From positions 3,472,001 through 3,536,000 of the forward strand of contig NC_134035.1 of the NCBI RefSeq assembly GCF_964204645.1: a DNA stretch of 64,000 nucleotides, in the 5' to 3' direction. The position numbers and the translations under genes were made by a program. Of the stretch, positions 25,048 through 37,387 are shown one piece after another; within the stretch, counting starts at the first letter, position 1; each line of letters opens with the position of its first letter. The notes under the pieces were generated by a model. That model did no database searches, was not told the origin of the DNA, and was given only the letters and a program-made list of their open reading frames with translations. The DNA comes from Tubulanus polymorphus. Its lineage: Eukaryota; Animalia; Nemertea.

Positions 25048-25407
25048 ATTAGACGAGAAGATACACAATATCCGTGTATGATGATGACGAGAGAAATCCC
25101 ACGATAACAAAGCCAAAATTGAAAAATTCTATATCGGAATGATTTTGTATTTGAGGAGCGACGTATCGGCTAACAATTGTTAGCCATCATCAGGCGTACA
25201 CATTCGTGTATCACGTCTGTAACAATCTACATAAGATAAATCATAGGCATTAACACTAATATAGATTTTGCGTAAGGCTGTTTTGAGAGATCTGCGATTT
25301 ACAGTACGCCTGATGATGGCTAACAGTTGTTAGCCGATACGTCGCTCCTCGAATACAATCATTCCGATATAGAATTTTTCAATTTTGGCTTCGTTAGGGA
25401 TTTCTCT
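25048..25407. mobile_element. Inverted-arm Penelope-like insertion with hammerhead-like cores (GAUA instead of GAAA)
   Basis: Arms at about 25089-25199 and 25303-25408; CUGAUGA-U-GGCUAAC(ARUU)GUUAGCC-GAUAC-GUC; 16-bp TSD caggtatcagttaaag (25032-25047, 25408-25423); tail hairpin acacaatatccgtgt. Confidence 0.7.
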
Positions 25408-28400
25408 CAGGTATCAGTTAAAGTTTGTATGAAATACTGAATGGCGCTCCTTCTGCCTTGAATAGAGCTTTCACAGTTGTTCGAATATAACTTCAGCTCG
25501 GTCGGTATACCCAGTATTCCTTCGGTCAATCTAGTCACACGGCTAGTTTACAACTTGTTCTTATATTCTGCCATGAAAGCATAGCGGGTTGAAGGAGCCA
25601 TTTGTCACTCAAACAGTTATATCTGGACCCAGTTCCACATTAGTGAGTTCGAGTAAACTCTGAATTAAAGTTAGTTCATTTTGATGAGTCAAATCTTAGC
25701 TCTGAACTGGAACTGGATCCTGGGCCTGGTATTAACTTTAACCCGGAGGCTAACTGAATTCATTTTCAATTTAGCTAACCCCCGGGTTGAAGATGATACC
25801 AGTCTAAAACCTGGTTCTGTAGGTTATTGAGTTCCCCGTGCTGAATTTATACGACCGAACATCGCTAGAATTCATTCGATGAACCTTCATCAATCGAAGA
25901 AAAATATATAGATTTCACATCTAGTGTCGAATTTATCAATGAAACGCATGAATGGTTTATTCAAGATCATCTAGAGACGTTTTATTAAGGCAGCGCGCAG
26001 TTTGAAAAGTGCCGGTTGTAAATTCTTCGATTTGTTCGTTTCCGAATTGACGATTATTTACTCGCTTCGACGATGTCGGAGCGCGCGCCGCTGCGTTCAC
26101 GTGACCGTTCAGCTCCACGCCAGAGGGCGCCGCGAACGTACACGCAACAACATATACAACAGTTCGATGAGAGAAAATGTATTGTACATATAATATAACG
26201 CGGCGGGATCGCACGCATTGTATAGCCTAAATGTTCGACGAAATAGTTAGATTTTCGATTAGTGGTCTTATTAGTTTTTAGCTACTAAACGCGATGTAAA
26301 AACGATGAGAAATAGATTTTGCGTTCATGTGATGATGTTTTATAGTTTTCCCGCTTATTAGCGCACCGAAACAAGAAACGTATGGGTAAACATACGGAAA
26401 CAAACAATGCCGCCGATGAGAAAACATGTAAATGTATCGCACGATATGAAAATGGCGCGGTTGTTTTGATCCATTCGTCGTCACTTATAGCAGGGTTGGA
26501 TTTAGGAAAATTAGAAGGCCGGGGACCAGGAGGAAAGAATAGGCATTTTTGGGGTATAGCAGCCATGTGAAAGGCCACTAATGGGTCCAACCCTCAGTGT
26601 TGATATATTTTTGATGAAATACATCATAAAAGATGTCAAGATTGTCAAATTTGCAGGTTTTAGCTCTGTCTTGACGACGAAAAGGGCAACCTCAGTTGGA
26701 TGGCAGGGTTCGGCGTTTCCTGTTCAGTTTCCGTGACATCACGCGCATGTACAGCGTTATACAATTACGTTTCTTGTTTCACGAAACCGATGAGCGAAAA
26801 AAGTTATCATTTCATGTCGCAGGCGTTAGGCTTAAAACTGTTATATAGGTGTGATACATGTGATACATCCATTCCAGGCTTCGACTCATGTAGCCGATCG
26901 GTATTCTGTTGTTTAAACAAACGTCTTTACCGATGATGTATGAAAATGCTTTTCTCTCTCAACATCTCGACCCTCGTCAGTATTCGAAAAACAATTTTTC
27001 TTCCCGTATCTAGTCAAAAACTGATCAAAATACTGTCGTTTGCCGCATGAAATTAAGTCTTTAGCGGTCTGATTAATTCAATAGGGAAAAAAGCTATAGT
27101 ATTGGATACTTCAGTCACAATGCCTTTAAAGAGCTTCTTATTGATAGATGAACTTTTAGTTGTAATTGTATCGATTTCCTGAAGTTTGTTTCGATGATGA
27201 GGTTCAATCATGTTATTTCAAGGTTAAAACTGATTCGTAAAACGAGCCCTAAGCGCAGTTTGAAATACTTCAAGACATTCTTTTTGATATTTCACACGAA
27301 AGCCAAATATCGACTCAAATGGTAGATTACGGTGAATGATACATATTTTGGTTATGTAGGTACCTGTACATGGAAGTACTCCACGTTTCGCCGCTTATCC
27401 CGTCGTTGAGGTATTGTTGTTTTTTTCCGGCGCTCACATCTCGCCGGTTCGGTGGGATTTTGTTTCCGTTACTATAAGCTAACATATGAATACATATATA
27501 TATATATTTAACGGATGAAATGATAAAGTACGTATCAGTTTGAATAATGCCATTAGAGTGCCTACAGACACCGCGTATAGAGAAACACTAATATTATAAC
27601 CGACAATAATAATGATAGTAAAGGGAATTCGTAGTGCGTAGTAAGTATAAATGTGGGTTTTTTATAGTATATCGGACTATGCCGTACGTAGGTTTATATC
27701 GGTTCGAATAGATATTGTGTAGAGAATATTTCAGTTTCGCGGGCGCGCGCAGCAGGCAAAAATTTGTTCCGGTAGTTTCCGTCTAGCGGGCGTAAGTTTC
27801 ACATGGCGCTTCACATCACTTAATAAGTTGTCTAATTTAGTTGTTTTGAGTCCAAATTGCCAATTACTAAGCCATCATTTGGCTGTTCTTCTGTTATATG
27901 TATACAAAACCTATTAAACAGGGCGATTGAATGTCTCTTAAGCTTAAGTCGTCAAAATGAGCAGCTTTCCAAGTTGATTCATAGTCTCCTATGAATTCGG
28001 CGATATCAATTTCATATACAGCCGTAAGTCTTTATGACTACGCAATCGCGCTAGATCTAACTATTTAGAAAAAACCTCGCCTTGCTACTTCGTAAATCGG
28101 ATTTAAATGCGACCGGGCGCCGACGTGCGAGTTGATTTATCTATCCGTATGCACCATCAGGGAGCACCTCCCGGTAGCATTCATAGGTTTTTAGGTTTAA
28201 ACCCGACTTACGCGGGTACGGATCTAAACAGTTGAATGAAGATAATGTATTTAATTTATTTCGAACGGGTCTCGAAGAGACACTGATTTTGTTGATGTTT
28301 ATTTGACGACCTAATAACCGCGGCGTTCGTTTTTCGTACCGGTGTTCGCTCTCCGAATGCGGTAGACTCCGCTCAAGTCGGACCGTTCGGAGCCTGGAAG

Positions 28401-29384
28401 GTGTCCGATTCGAGCGTTATCCGAGTTGGATATTACATTTTTTTCGTAAGTGGTGTCACAAGAAATATTTCAACGAACATCCGACTCGATCAAATCTGAC
28501 TTGAGCGGAGTCTACTCTAAGAAAAGTTCATTCAGAGAGTCGCTTTGCGTATTGCGTGACATTTCCGAAATGCTAGCACCGGTATAGAATAACACGCGCA
28601 GCCCAGTCGGGATCAAGATTTACTAATCTTGCAATGGTAATTATCGTTTTACCATTAATTCACATCTTTTTTATATTATTAACTAATAAAATATTATTGA
28701 TTATTATAATACGCTTCTGTTAAGACGCGGACTCGAGAAGAGTTCGTCGAATGAGTTATTTTCTGGACCCGGTTCGGCGGTTGTGAGTTTAGATTTGATT
28801 GATCGCGTTAACTCATTGAAAATGAACTGAATCAACTCTCGAAGTCACAACCGTCGAACCGGATCCGGTACGAATGAGTGACTGACGCACGTAGAACTTG
28901 CATGAATCTGTACAGCTGATGATAATTAATTAATATTTGTTTATTTGTTGTTATTGTTGTAAATTATGTTAAAAAATTAGATCTCGCGAATTGTTATCGT
29001 TGATGATATAATCGCGGATTCATTATTGTTTTCAGTTTCGAGACGGAATTCAGCCGAGCTCGGGCTTACAACTGTTATATTCACTAGTCGGCCGATATCT
29101 CCTCTTAAAATAAGAATAAGCATTTGTTATTTTTTCCGTAAAATGATTCGAGCTTTTTCGGGTGTCATATCGAAAAATTGGTTGAGTTTGTTTTTTTTCT
29201 CTCCGTTTTAACGCGTCGTTGATGACGAAAATTTTAAGTTGTCTTACCAAATAGCGATTAATACTAGATAATTTTAAAACGCGACCAGTGTGCGCCCAGT
29301 CTTTGGTAACGATGCAGTTTTAATTGTCATCGTATCAGCTATCCACTGATTAAATCGAGTAATAGCGCTACAAAAACGTATTAA

Positions 29385-29685
29385 CCCCTTTCAGTGCGGC
29401 GTATTGATTGATGAAATTTGCTAGTACACCGCATCATGGTGTATTGTTATTATCGATTTTAGGATTTTATCTCTAATGAAAGATGGCAGCACCTGTCAGT
29501 GAAATATTAGAAACAAATGATACACTGCACTTATTAGTAACAAATGATACGCGGCGCTGTGGTGTAGACACACTAAAGCAGTATGACGCCCGTTATTCAA
29601 CACGCTGGGGTGGAATTTTTAAGAATTTTCAAATTATCTCCAGCACTTATGGGAATTTAATAAGACTTAGTCAGCACTGAAAGGG
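29385..29685. mobile_element. piggyBac-type MITE family, copy 2
   Basis: TTAA TSD, CCCTTTCAGTGC TIR, shared interior (gctagtacaccg, aaattatctccagcact). Confidence 0.75.
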
Positions 29686-30536
29686 TTAATCGACTTCTTT
29701 TGCGCGTCTACTGAATTATTCTAAAAATCATCAGTACGCCATATTTGAAGATATCACGCCAACATATACATTATTCCCATATCATACATTCCGATATCTG
29801 TAACAATTTCTTGTTAAGATTCACTCGCGTCTAGAAGTATTGTTAAATGAATGCATTTGATTTTAGTATTTCTCGTGATTATTAGATACGTACGAAGACA
29901 AAAAAAAAACGCGCTAGCCAAATTTATCGGTAGATCGTAAAAGATTCTAGCGCGCGGCAAAATACCGATTTAAGAATAAGATGAATTATTCGTCGATATG
30001 AATTCCCAACTTCATTTGAGCGCCTCTGCTATGTACGTGAATGTTTAATCGTAATAGAGTCGACCTCGCTAAATCAGGATCACGGTCTGATCCGGATTTG
30101 CTCGATGGTCTATCTATACATAATGTATGTAATATATTAAGCTAGGGGCAGACGAGCGTACTTTTTTCAGCCGAGCGCGATAATTCGAGAAATCTGGCAA
30201 AAAATTTGCCTGTGTCGGCCGATTTCATTTACGATTATTCCGATCGAGCTATCAAATTTTATCAACCGATATGATTCATTATTAATATCGAGAGATTCGT
30301 TAAAATATCGGATATCAATATCAATCGCTATGCGCGCCTGTTCATAATCGGGCGTGTAAATTTACCGGCGAATTTAATCGTCTAGGTCGGACGAAAAATA
30401 CGCCTGCGTGCCCCTAGCTTTGCGGATTCCCCGTAAACCGGATTAATTTCATCGGTCCCGATTCAGCGCGGTCCGCTACATCCGATAAGTTGGTGAACTA
30501 TTTCGTTTGCGGAATATTTTGCATCCTTGTTAACGC

Positions 30537-30572
<36 letters not shown>

Positions 30573-31688
30573 TATACTGTAAACATTCAAAAGAATCTAT
30601 GGTTTTGTTAATAAAAATCAATGTTATCTAATATATACATTTATTTTGTCGCATGTTTTTTTTCATTCTAACCGCAATCACCTAACAGGGTTCGAAGAGG
30701 TAATGAGGATAAGTTCGTGAGGATTCTACTGTGGACACTCGTTATGACGTAGAACACGGATGGATTAACAATATATCGTTACACTGGATTCTCATTACAA
30801 TGAACTTCAGTGGACGAGGAACCGTTTCATTATAACCGATACAGTTTTTCCAGTATGAAATTGTTAAATTTGGGACGAAATTCTAGGTCTGGTTCGTTAT
30901 ATCCCAGGGGCCTTCGCTCATAAGTCGGTTAGAGTTAACCAGTGGATGGTTAACGTAGTGACATTTTAAAAGTTCGTTGTTACGATGGTATTTATCCGCC
31001 AGTTATCTTTAACCAACTTTTGAGTAACTGACCCCAGGTCATTATAATGAGGTTGCATGGTTCGAACCGATGACCAGCAAGCACACTATTAACCACTCAC
31101 TCATACCACTTGTATAAAAATTTAATCATCGGATGAAGGACACAACGGTACTCCAGGGTTCGACCCATGCTAGAAAGGAGAATTCCAGAATCGGTAGCAG
31201 GGGCGGATCTAGGAAATAGTTCCCTTTAGAAGTTTTTAAGAAATCAAAGAGCCATGAGGACTCTGCACTCACACGAGATCCGAGGCAAGCTACTGAAGTA
31301 AGTATGGATGCGAGGCAATTCGCTGTTCAAAATGTTCAATAACTCCCGCTTCCAGTGAAATTCCGTCTGCTAACATCAAGGTCCAGTTGTTCAAAAGTTG
31401 GTTAAAGATAGATAACCAGCGGATAAATACCATAGTAACAACAAACTTGCGGTTATCACTATGTCAACTATCCACTGGTTAATTCTAACCAACTTTTGAC
31501 TAACTGGCCTCAAAATGTCATTTTCCAGCCAAATTTACAATATCTTTACAATGTATATGCCCCACATAAGGAATGCTACGTGAAAATTTTCATTAAAAAT
31601 ATCAGTAATTTATATCTTTATATATCGATCATTAATGAGCATATGATGATAGCTAATTGTATGGAAAGTCACATAGATCGAGATGCCA

Positions 31689-31864
31689 ACATCATCATCG
31701 ATCGCACTGTTCCATCTGCTGACATCATCAATCGCAGCATTCCGTCTGCTGACATCAACGATCATAGCGTTCCATCTAATGACATCATCAATCGCACTGT
31801 TCTGTCTGCTGACGTCATCAAACGCAATATTCCATCTGCTGACATCATCGATCGCACTGTTCCG
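31689..31864. repeat. 30-bp minisatellite (about 6 copies) overlapping the HSPBP1 stop codon and 3' UTR
   Basis: Unit tccatctgctgacatcatcRatcgcactgt at a 30-nt period. Confidence 0.9.
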
Positions 31865-34800
31865 ACACCGCCGAATTATCGCCGACCCCGAAACAAACGC
31901 CCAACAGTTTTTCGGCGTATTCCTTTTCCTCGCGGTATTCGTCGTGTCCCTTCACGAGTTCGATGCGCTCCAGAAGAACTTTACGCAGTTCGAACTCCGG
32001 GCGCCGACACTCGGAGATCAATCGTGACGAGCGGCCGTCCGCGTCGTCGACGAGATTGACGAGCGCGCCGAGTAAATGTTCGTGAAACGGTTTGTGTTCG
32101 GTGATTAATAATCCGACGAGTTGTTCGACCATTCCCATATCACACAACATATCTGAAATAGGGGATTGATATTATTATTCATTGTATCACTAATGGTAAG
32201 TATGAATTTAAGAGGGTCCCTACAGATCAGTCATTCCTGGATAAACGGTAAGGAGTTTTTTTAACCCTTTCAGTGCGTATAAATCAGTGATAGATTTTGC
32301 TAGTACACCGTACTGCGGTGTATTGATGTCATTAGTAATTAGTAATTATCTTTCTTGAAAAATGGCAGCACCTGACAAACAGTGAAATATAAGTAACTAA
32401 CGATACACAGCGCTGCAGTGTAGACTCATTATAGTGGTATATCCGTTATTCAACACACTAGGGTGGAATTTTTCAAAATGTTCAAATTATCTCCAGCACT
32501 ATAGGGTATTAATGAGTCAGCCTTGAAAGGGTTAAGGAGAAAATTTCAAGGAAGCCTCTGCATCACTTTCATATCCCATTAACTGTAGACTCCTCCTAAA
32601 TCGGTTCTGTTTATCTCGGTAAACCATTAATGCGGTGGTTTTGTAAGCAAATTCTAATCCTATAAACTACCTAAACTGGGTATCTAATCCGGTTACCGCC
32701 TAAAAAAATCAAGGTACCAACTGTACCGATTTAGGGGTAGTTTTCTTTAATACAACTACAAAAATGTCTAATTTACTAGTTCTCAAAATTGAAGCAGATT
32801 CAGGCATTTTGCTCAAATCGAAGGAGTTTCAAGCACTTTTAAATGCATTTTCTGTTTAGGAGTTTTAAAGGAATCAAGGGGCAATTCGAAGGAAGGATTG
32901 GAAGGGATTCGAGTAATAAAGGGTCTACCGTACGGGCGGCAGAATGAATTCTGAGTTATTCGTCAGTTCAGTGAATACCTTTATATTTCGATTCGTCGAC
33001 GCACAACGCCTTGAGCAGAAACACGGCTTTGATTTGAAGTTTCTCTACGTCGAGTTGCATCGCGCGCAGCAGATGACTGAATCCGTCGTTTTTCACGAAT
33101 TCCTCTTTGCCGGCGTCGAATTCGCGAGCCATACCTGCAAAAAAAAAAAAAACGAGATCGAAACACGCTCGAGAATTCGTCGACACGGATCGGTATTATA
33201 AGTGAGTTCGAGTTACAAAAAAACATTTCAACAAACATCCAAGTTGATCAAATCAGATCTTTAACAGAGTCTACTGTAAGAAAATGCTCTGAATTCGGTA
33301 AATTTTTTTTCAATTTGGGAACATTTCATTGAATAAGAAAAAAAAAGATATCAATCGCAAGACATCAGTAACGTTCAAATCAATCAGTAATCAAGGGGTA
33401 AGACCCTCAGTAATACATTTCATATTTCTGTTGAAATTAATCATTTATCAAGTGGGGTAAGACCCTCAGTAACACTTTTCATATTTCTATTATGGCAGAT
33501 CTGGAAGTATGAAATATTCTGTATTGGCAATGAAAGCTGAATTGGAACTACGAGTGATAATTCATGGAGACAGAACCAGAAATACGAGATAGGCCTAAGA
33601 GATAAGTGGCAAACACGATGGAACTGGAAATGCTAGTCAGCAGCTAACGTGAACTGGTCTCTAGTTGGAAAAATGATGCACACGTGAAACTTACACGAAA
33701 CTGCGTACAACGCTTTGATCTTCACGCGATCGTCGTTGTCGTCGTCGAGCAGCGCCAGCAACGACGGCATCAAATCGAACTCGAGCGCCCTCTGTTGGCA
33801 ATACGGATTGTTCTGTACGAGCGTCGCGATCAAGTCGGCCGCGCGCGACCGAATTTCGGGGTTTTCGTCGCGTAACAAATCGCCAAGTGATTCGTAGCCC
33901 CCGATCTTATGAAAATCTACGAATAGAAGAGAACGGACGAGTTTTAAACGGTAGGTTTTAGAAATAATGCAACGAAACAAAAAAGGAAAAATCATGGTTC
34001 CCACAGTAACACGAATTAAAGATTGCCAGGTTTTTCCCAAATATTCCATGGTTGATTTTCCAATTTTCTCAAATAGAAATGAACAGATACAAACATACTA
34101 GTTCAACATTTAGAGGTGACTGGTTGATAAAGGTGATTCTCAAGGGAAATCGTTGAACAAAGTTGCCCTTGGCAAATACAATACATAAGATGTGAATGAA
34201 TTTCCCAAATATTTCCAAACTGAAAAATATCATTTCAAAATTCCCAAGTTTTTCCCAATTTCCCTATACTGTGGGAACCATGAAAAATTTATTATTCGAC
34301 ATTAGTGACAACTCAAAATTGGACGCATTATTCTAAAATCTACATCATTTACCTTGCGCCAAGTCTAAATTTTCACACCACTCGATCAAATTGTCCAACG
34401 AAACCTCTTTCACCTCGGTTGTCGCGTCGGCGCTTCTCAAGTTGTCCAGATTTTGTTTCATTTCTCTGATGACGTCGACCGACATGTCGCTCAACGCTTG
34501 GTTCAGCCACTGTCGACGCTGCAAAAAATCGTACCGTAAAATATAAACGTTTCAAAATGGGTGAGCAGTTTGTTTTCTGTTGAAAAACAATCCTAATTAT
34601 CTTAGTGGTGTTATGGATCAGGCCTGCGACTCGAACCACCCTCTCCAGAAAGTCTGCAGCCTGGAACCTGCACCTGTTAGACAATCAGCAGCCTGGAACC
34701 TGCACCTCTCCAGACAATCTGCAGCCTGGAACCTGCACCCCTTCAGACAATCAGCAGCCTGGAACCTGCACCTCTTAGACAATCTACAGCCAAGGTACGG

Positions 34801-35318
34801 TTGATAGCACCAGTCTTAAAAAATCATGGTTATTTTTACTATGAGGCTGGTGTGCGGTACCGACGGATTTTGCAGATTTTTTCGGATTAATCACACAATT
34901 TAACGATCTTGAAGACATTCAAATGTTTCTAAAACCACTCAGTCTAATGCAGAAATTCATTTTCTTCAAGAATAATCTTACTCGAAACGGATTAGGCAAC
35001 TAATAACAAAGTAACGAACTGTTGATGTGAAATACCTATCGATCGACCGATCTGACGAAGAATGATTGGGTCGACATAGTCATGGGCCTACTAAAAAATG
35101 GTTTGATTTGTTACTCAAAATTGATTGAGTCCTATTCAAACTCTCACCTCTTCTGACATCGGAACAGCGTTAGATGATTCGGTACGATTATCATCAGTAG
35201 TTGAGTTAGCGATGCTCATCTGTAAAACACCCTGCATATTGGCCGGGTATCTCCTACTCCTCCGACTCCCACCACCAGCTCCTGCGGCTGATTCTTCCTC
35301 CCGATTGTTGGCTGACAT
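31845..35318 (-). CDS. HSPBP1: Hsp70-binding protein 1 (Fes1-family armadillo nucleotide-exchange factor); complement(join(31845..32152,32979..33134,33695..33916,34353..34518,35148..35318))
   Basis: Phase-consistent GT-AG exons. Translation: RYPANMQGVLQMSI, PMSEERRQWLNQAL, LIEWCENLDLAQDFHKIGG, AADLIATLVQNNPYCQ, VKIKALYAVSCMARE, DGFSHLLRAMQ, KLQIKAVFLL, LCDMGMVEQLVGL, HKPFHEHLLGAL, ending DR* as recalled for vertebrate HSPBP1. Confidence 0.95.
32265..32531. mobile_element. piggyBac-type MITE family, copy 3 (HSPBP1 last intron)
   Basis: TTAA TSD, same TIR and interior as copy 2. Confidence 0.75.
34655..34790. repeat. 31-32-bp tandem repeat (about 4 copies) in an HSPBP1 intron
   Basis: gcagcctggaacctgcacc..agacaatc repeated. 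Confidence 0.85.
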
Positions 35319-35354
35319 GATCTCTACAGTAGATATTGCGACACTGATTACTGC

Positions 35355-35908
35355 CTAATGTCTATTTATTAATTGATGAGACCTGTTTTTCTGGGATATT
35401 TTGCTTACTTTTTGGGGTACATAGGCCTACCTCATTTATGTCTTAACAGAATGCCAAAAATCGCGGACAACAACTGAATATCCGATATATTTCCAGTTCT
35501 GTACCAATTAGATGGATTGGCAAAAAGACTCCTTAAGTCCAATTGAATGAGAGAGAAAATCCTCCATTTTGTCAAATTTCTTGGATTTGAACATTGTTAC
35601 CATGCCTACGCCACCCTGATTTAGTTGTTGAGACCCCACAAGAAAAATAACTTCATTTCGTAGGCATGGTGACAATGTAAAAATTCAAGAAATTTCACAA
35701 AATGGAGGATTTTCTCTCTCATTCAATTGGACTTAAGGAGTCTTTTTGCCAATGCATCTAATTGGTACAGAACTGGAAATATATCGGATATTCAGTTGTT
35801 GTCCGCGATTTTTGGCATTCTGTTAAGACATAAATGAGGTATGTATCCCAAAAAGTAAGCAAAATATCCCAGAAAAACAGGTCTCATCCATTAATAAATA
35901 GACATTAG
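35355..35908. repeat. Foldback element: about 255-bp inverted arms (35355-35610 / 35659-35908) around a 48-bp spacer
   Basis: The arms are near-exact reverse complements by direct reading; no TSD recognised. Confidence 0.92.
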
Positions 35909-37176
35909 TTGATTCTTTCCTCGCTGGATGATAGATTTTTCCAGAAGTACCGATTGATTCACATGTATATTAGTAATCGGGGACATAGGTCATCAGTGAA
36001 CGGCTCCCGAGCTGGTGGCTACACACTAAAATACGGTTTGAATTCAATTCATTTCAATTCTAACTTTATTGACCCTTCCTAAGATGTTGAGTAAAAGAGC
36101 ACTGTAAAACGACACAGGTACGGAGAGCAGGTACTAGCCCCTGTATGTCCATGGATTTATAGTACAGGGCACGCGTCCCGGCCTCTCCGATACAGATATT
36201 TTTTCTCGAAAAAAGCATTTGGAAAATTAAAAGAATAAAGGTGATATTTAGAATTTTTCACAAATTATGCTAAATGCAGGAAATACCAAAGGCGTCATTT
36301 TTTCAAAATTTCATGGGGACCCCGACGAAATTTTTTCTCATTTCAAGTGCACCCCCTTTTTTAGATCCAACCGTGGGGAATTGGAAGATATTTGCATCGA
36401 AGGAAAACTTTGGCATTCGATTCATGGGGGTATTCAGTGTCACCGATCCTTTTCGTATAGAACATCTCGATCAATGTGAATTTAACGTCAATTGTCAGCA
36501 GGACCATTTCATGATAGATAGGCCACACTGCCAAAATTATAGGTTCACGCATTGCACGTCCCTATTTTCCTATAGGCATCAAAAGGCAGTCTGTTGTTAT
36601 TTACGTCTGTTTTGATACGAATTGAAAGGGCAATAATACGTAATTCAAGAGCCTCTTATGCCGGGTGGTAGTGTTAAGCGAGGGTAAAAATCATCAAATC
36701 GAAATTGATTTTGAATGATTCGTAATATATGTTCATCGCGAAATCTTCATGCCGGGATTTGACAGGGCTTATGATACTCCGTTCCGTTCCTTGAAGTACC
36801 ATAAGCCGTTTGCTAGCCATTGACATGCATACGTGTCGCATAAAAAAATGTGAAGGGTTTTGAGTTAGCAAGACTAGTAGTCATGGCGTGGTGTATGCAG
36901 TTTTGTTGGATTTAAGAGTGATAAGAGGTTTCAGTTGGTTAAGTGTCCATGTTGAAATATCAAAACTTGCTATCGCCCACGTCCGCATCCAGGGCCAAAT
37001 TCAGTCAAGTAAGTATTTAAGTCAAGTAAGCCCCCTATCATACTGATTGTAATGTAATGAATGGAACGATATTCTTTTCCAAAATTCATGTGTTATCCGA
37101 AATTGATATTATCACCAGTTTTTGAGTGAAGACGCATGCGCATTGACGAGAAATGCAGCGCAAGTTACAAGTGACT

Positions 37177-37387
37177 TAATTCACACACTGCATCTACTGT
37201 AGATCCTGTGAGTTAACATGCTTAGTTACTTGTTTTTCTGGTCATTCCACCTGATGATGGCTGTTAGTCAACAGCCGAAACGTTGTGGTTTCATAATAAT
37301 AAATTTGATCGTATAATTTTAAATTCGAAGTGTGAGATTTCTTCATGTATCTACAGTATACACGGATTATAGTGTTTTTTCGACCAC
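37177..37387 (+). mobile_element. Short Penelope-like (pLTR-derived) insertion containing the hammerhead
   Basis: 11-bp TSD tacaagtgact (37166-37176, 37388-37398); HHR followed by AATAAA and a terminal hairpin acacggattatagtgt. Confidence 0.7.
37247..37288 (+). ncRNA. Minimal type I hammerhead ribozyme (Penelope-like-element type), intact core
   Basis: CCAC-CUGAUGA-U-GGCUGUU(AGUC)AACAGCC-GAAAC-GUU-GUGG: stem I CCAC/GUGG, perfect 7-bp stem II, palindromic (AACGUU) vestigial stem III, NUH=GUU. Confidence 0.8.

Noticed and set aside
31845-31856. C-x-x-UGA (CDR*) at the HSPBP1 end followed by repeated in-frame UGA, resembling a selenocysteine motif
   Set aside because: HSPBP1 orthologs are recalled to end in DR*; the downstream UGAs come from the 30-bp repeat; no SECIS was recognised.
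31496-32059. 187-aa plus-strand ORF with IINRS/TVPSAD repeats
   Set aside because: Antisense to the HSPBP1 last exon and produced by the 30-bp minisatellite.
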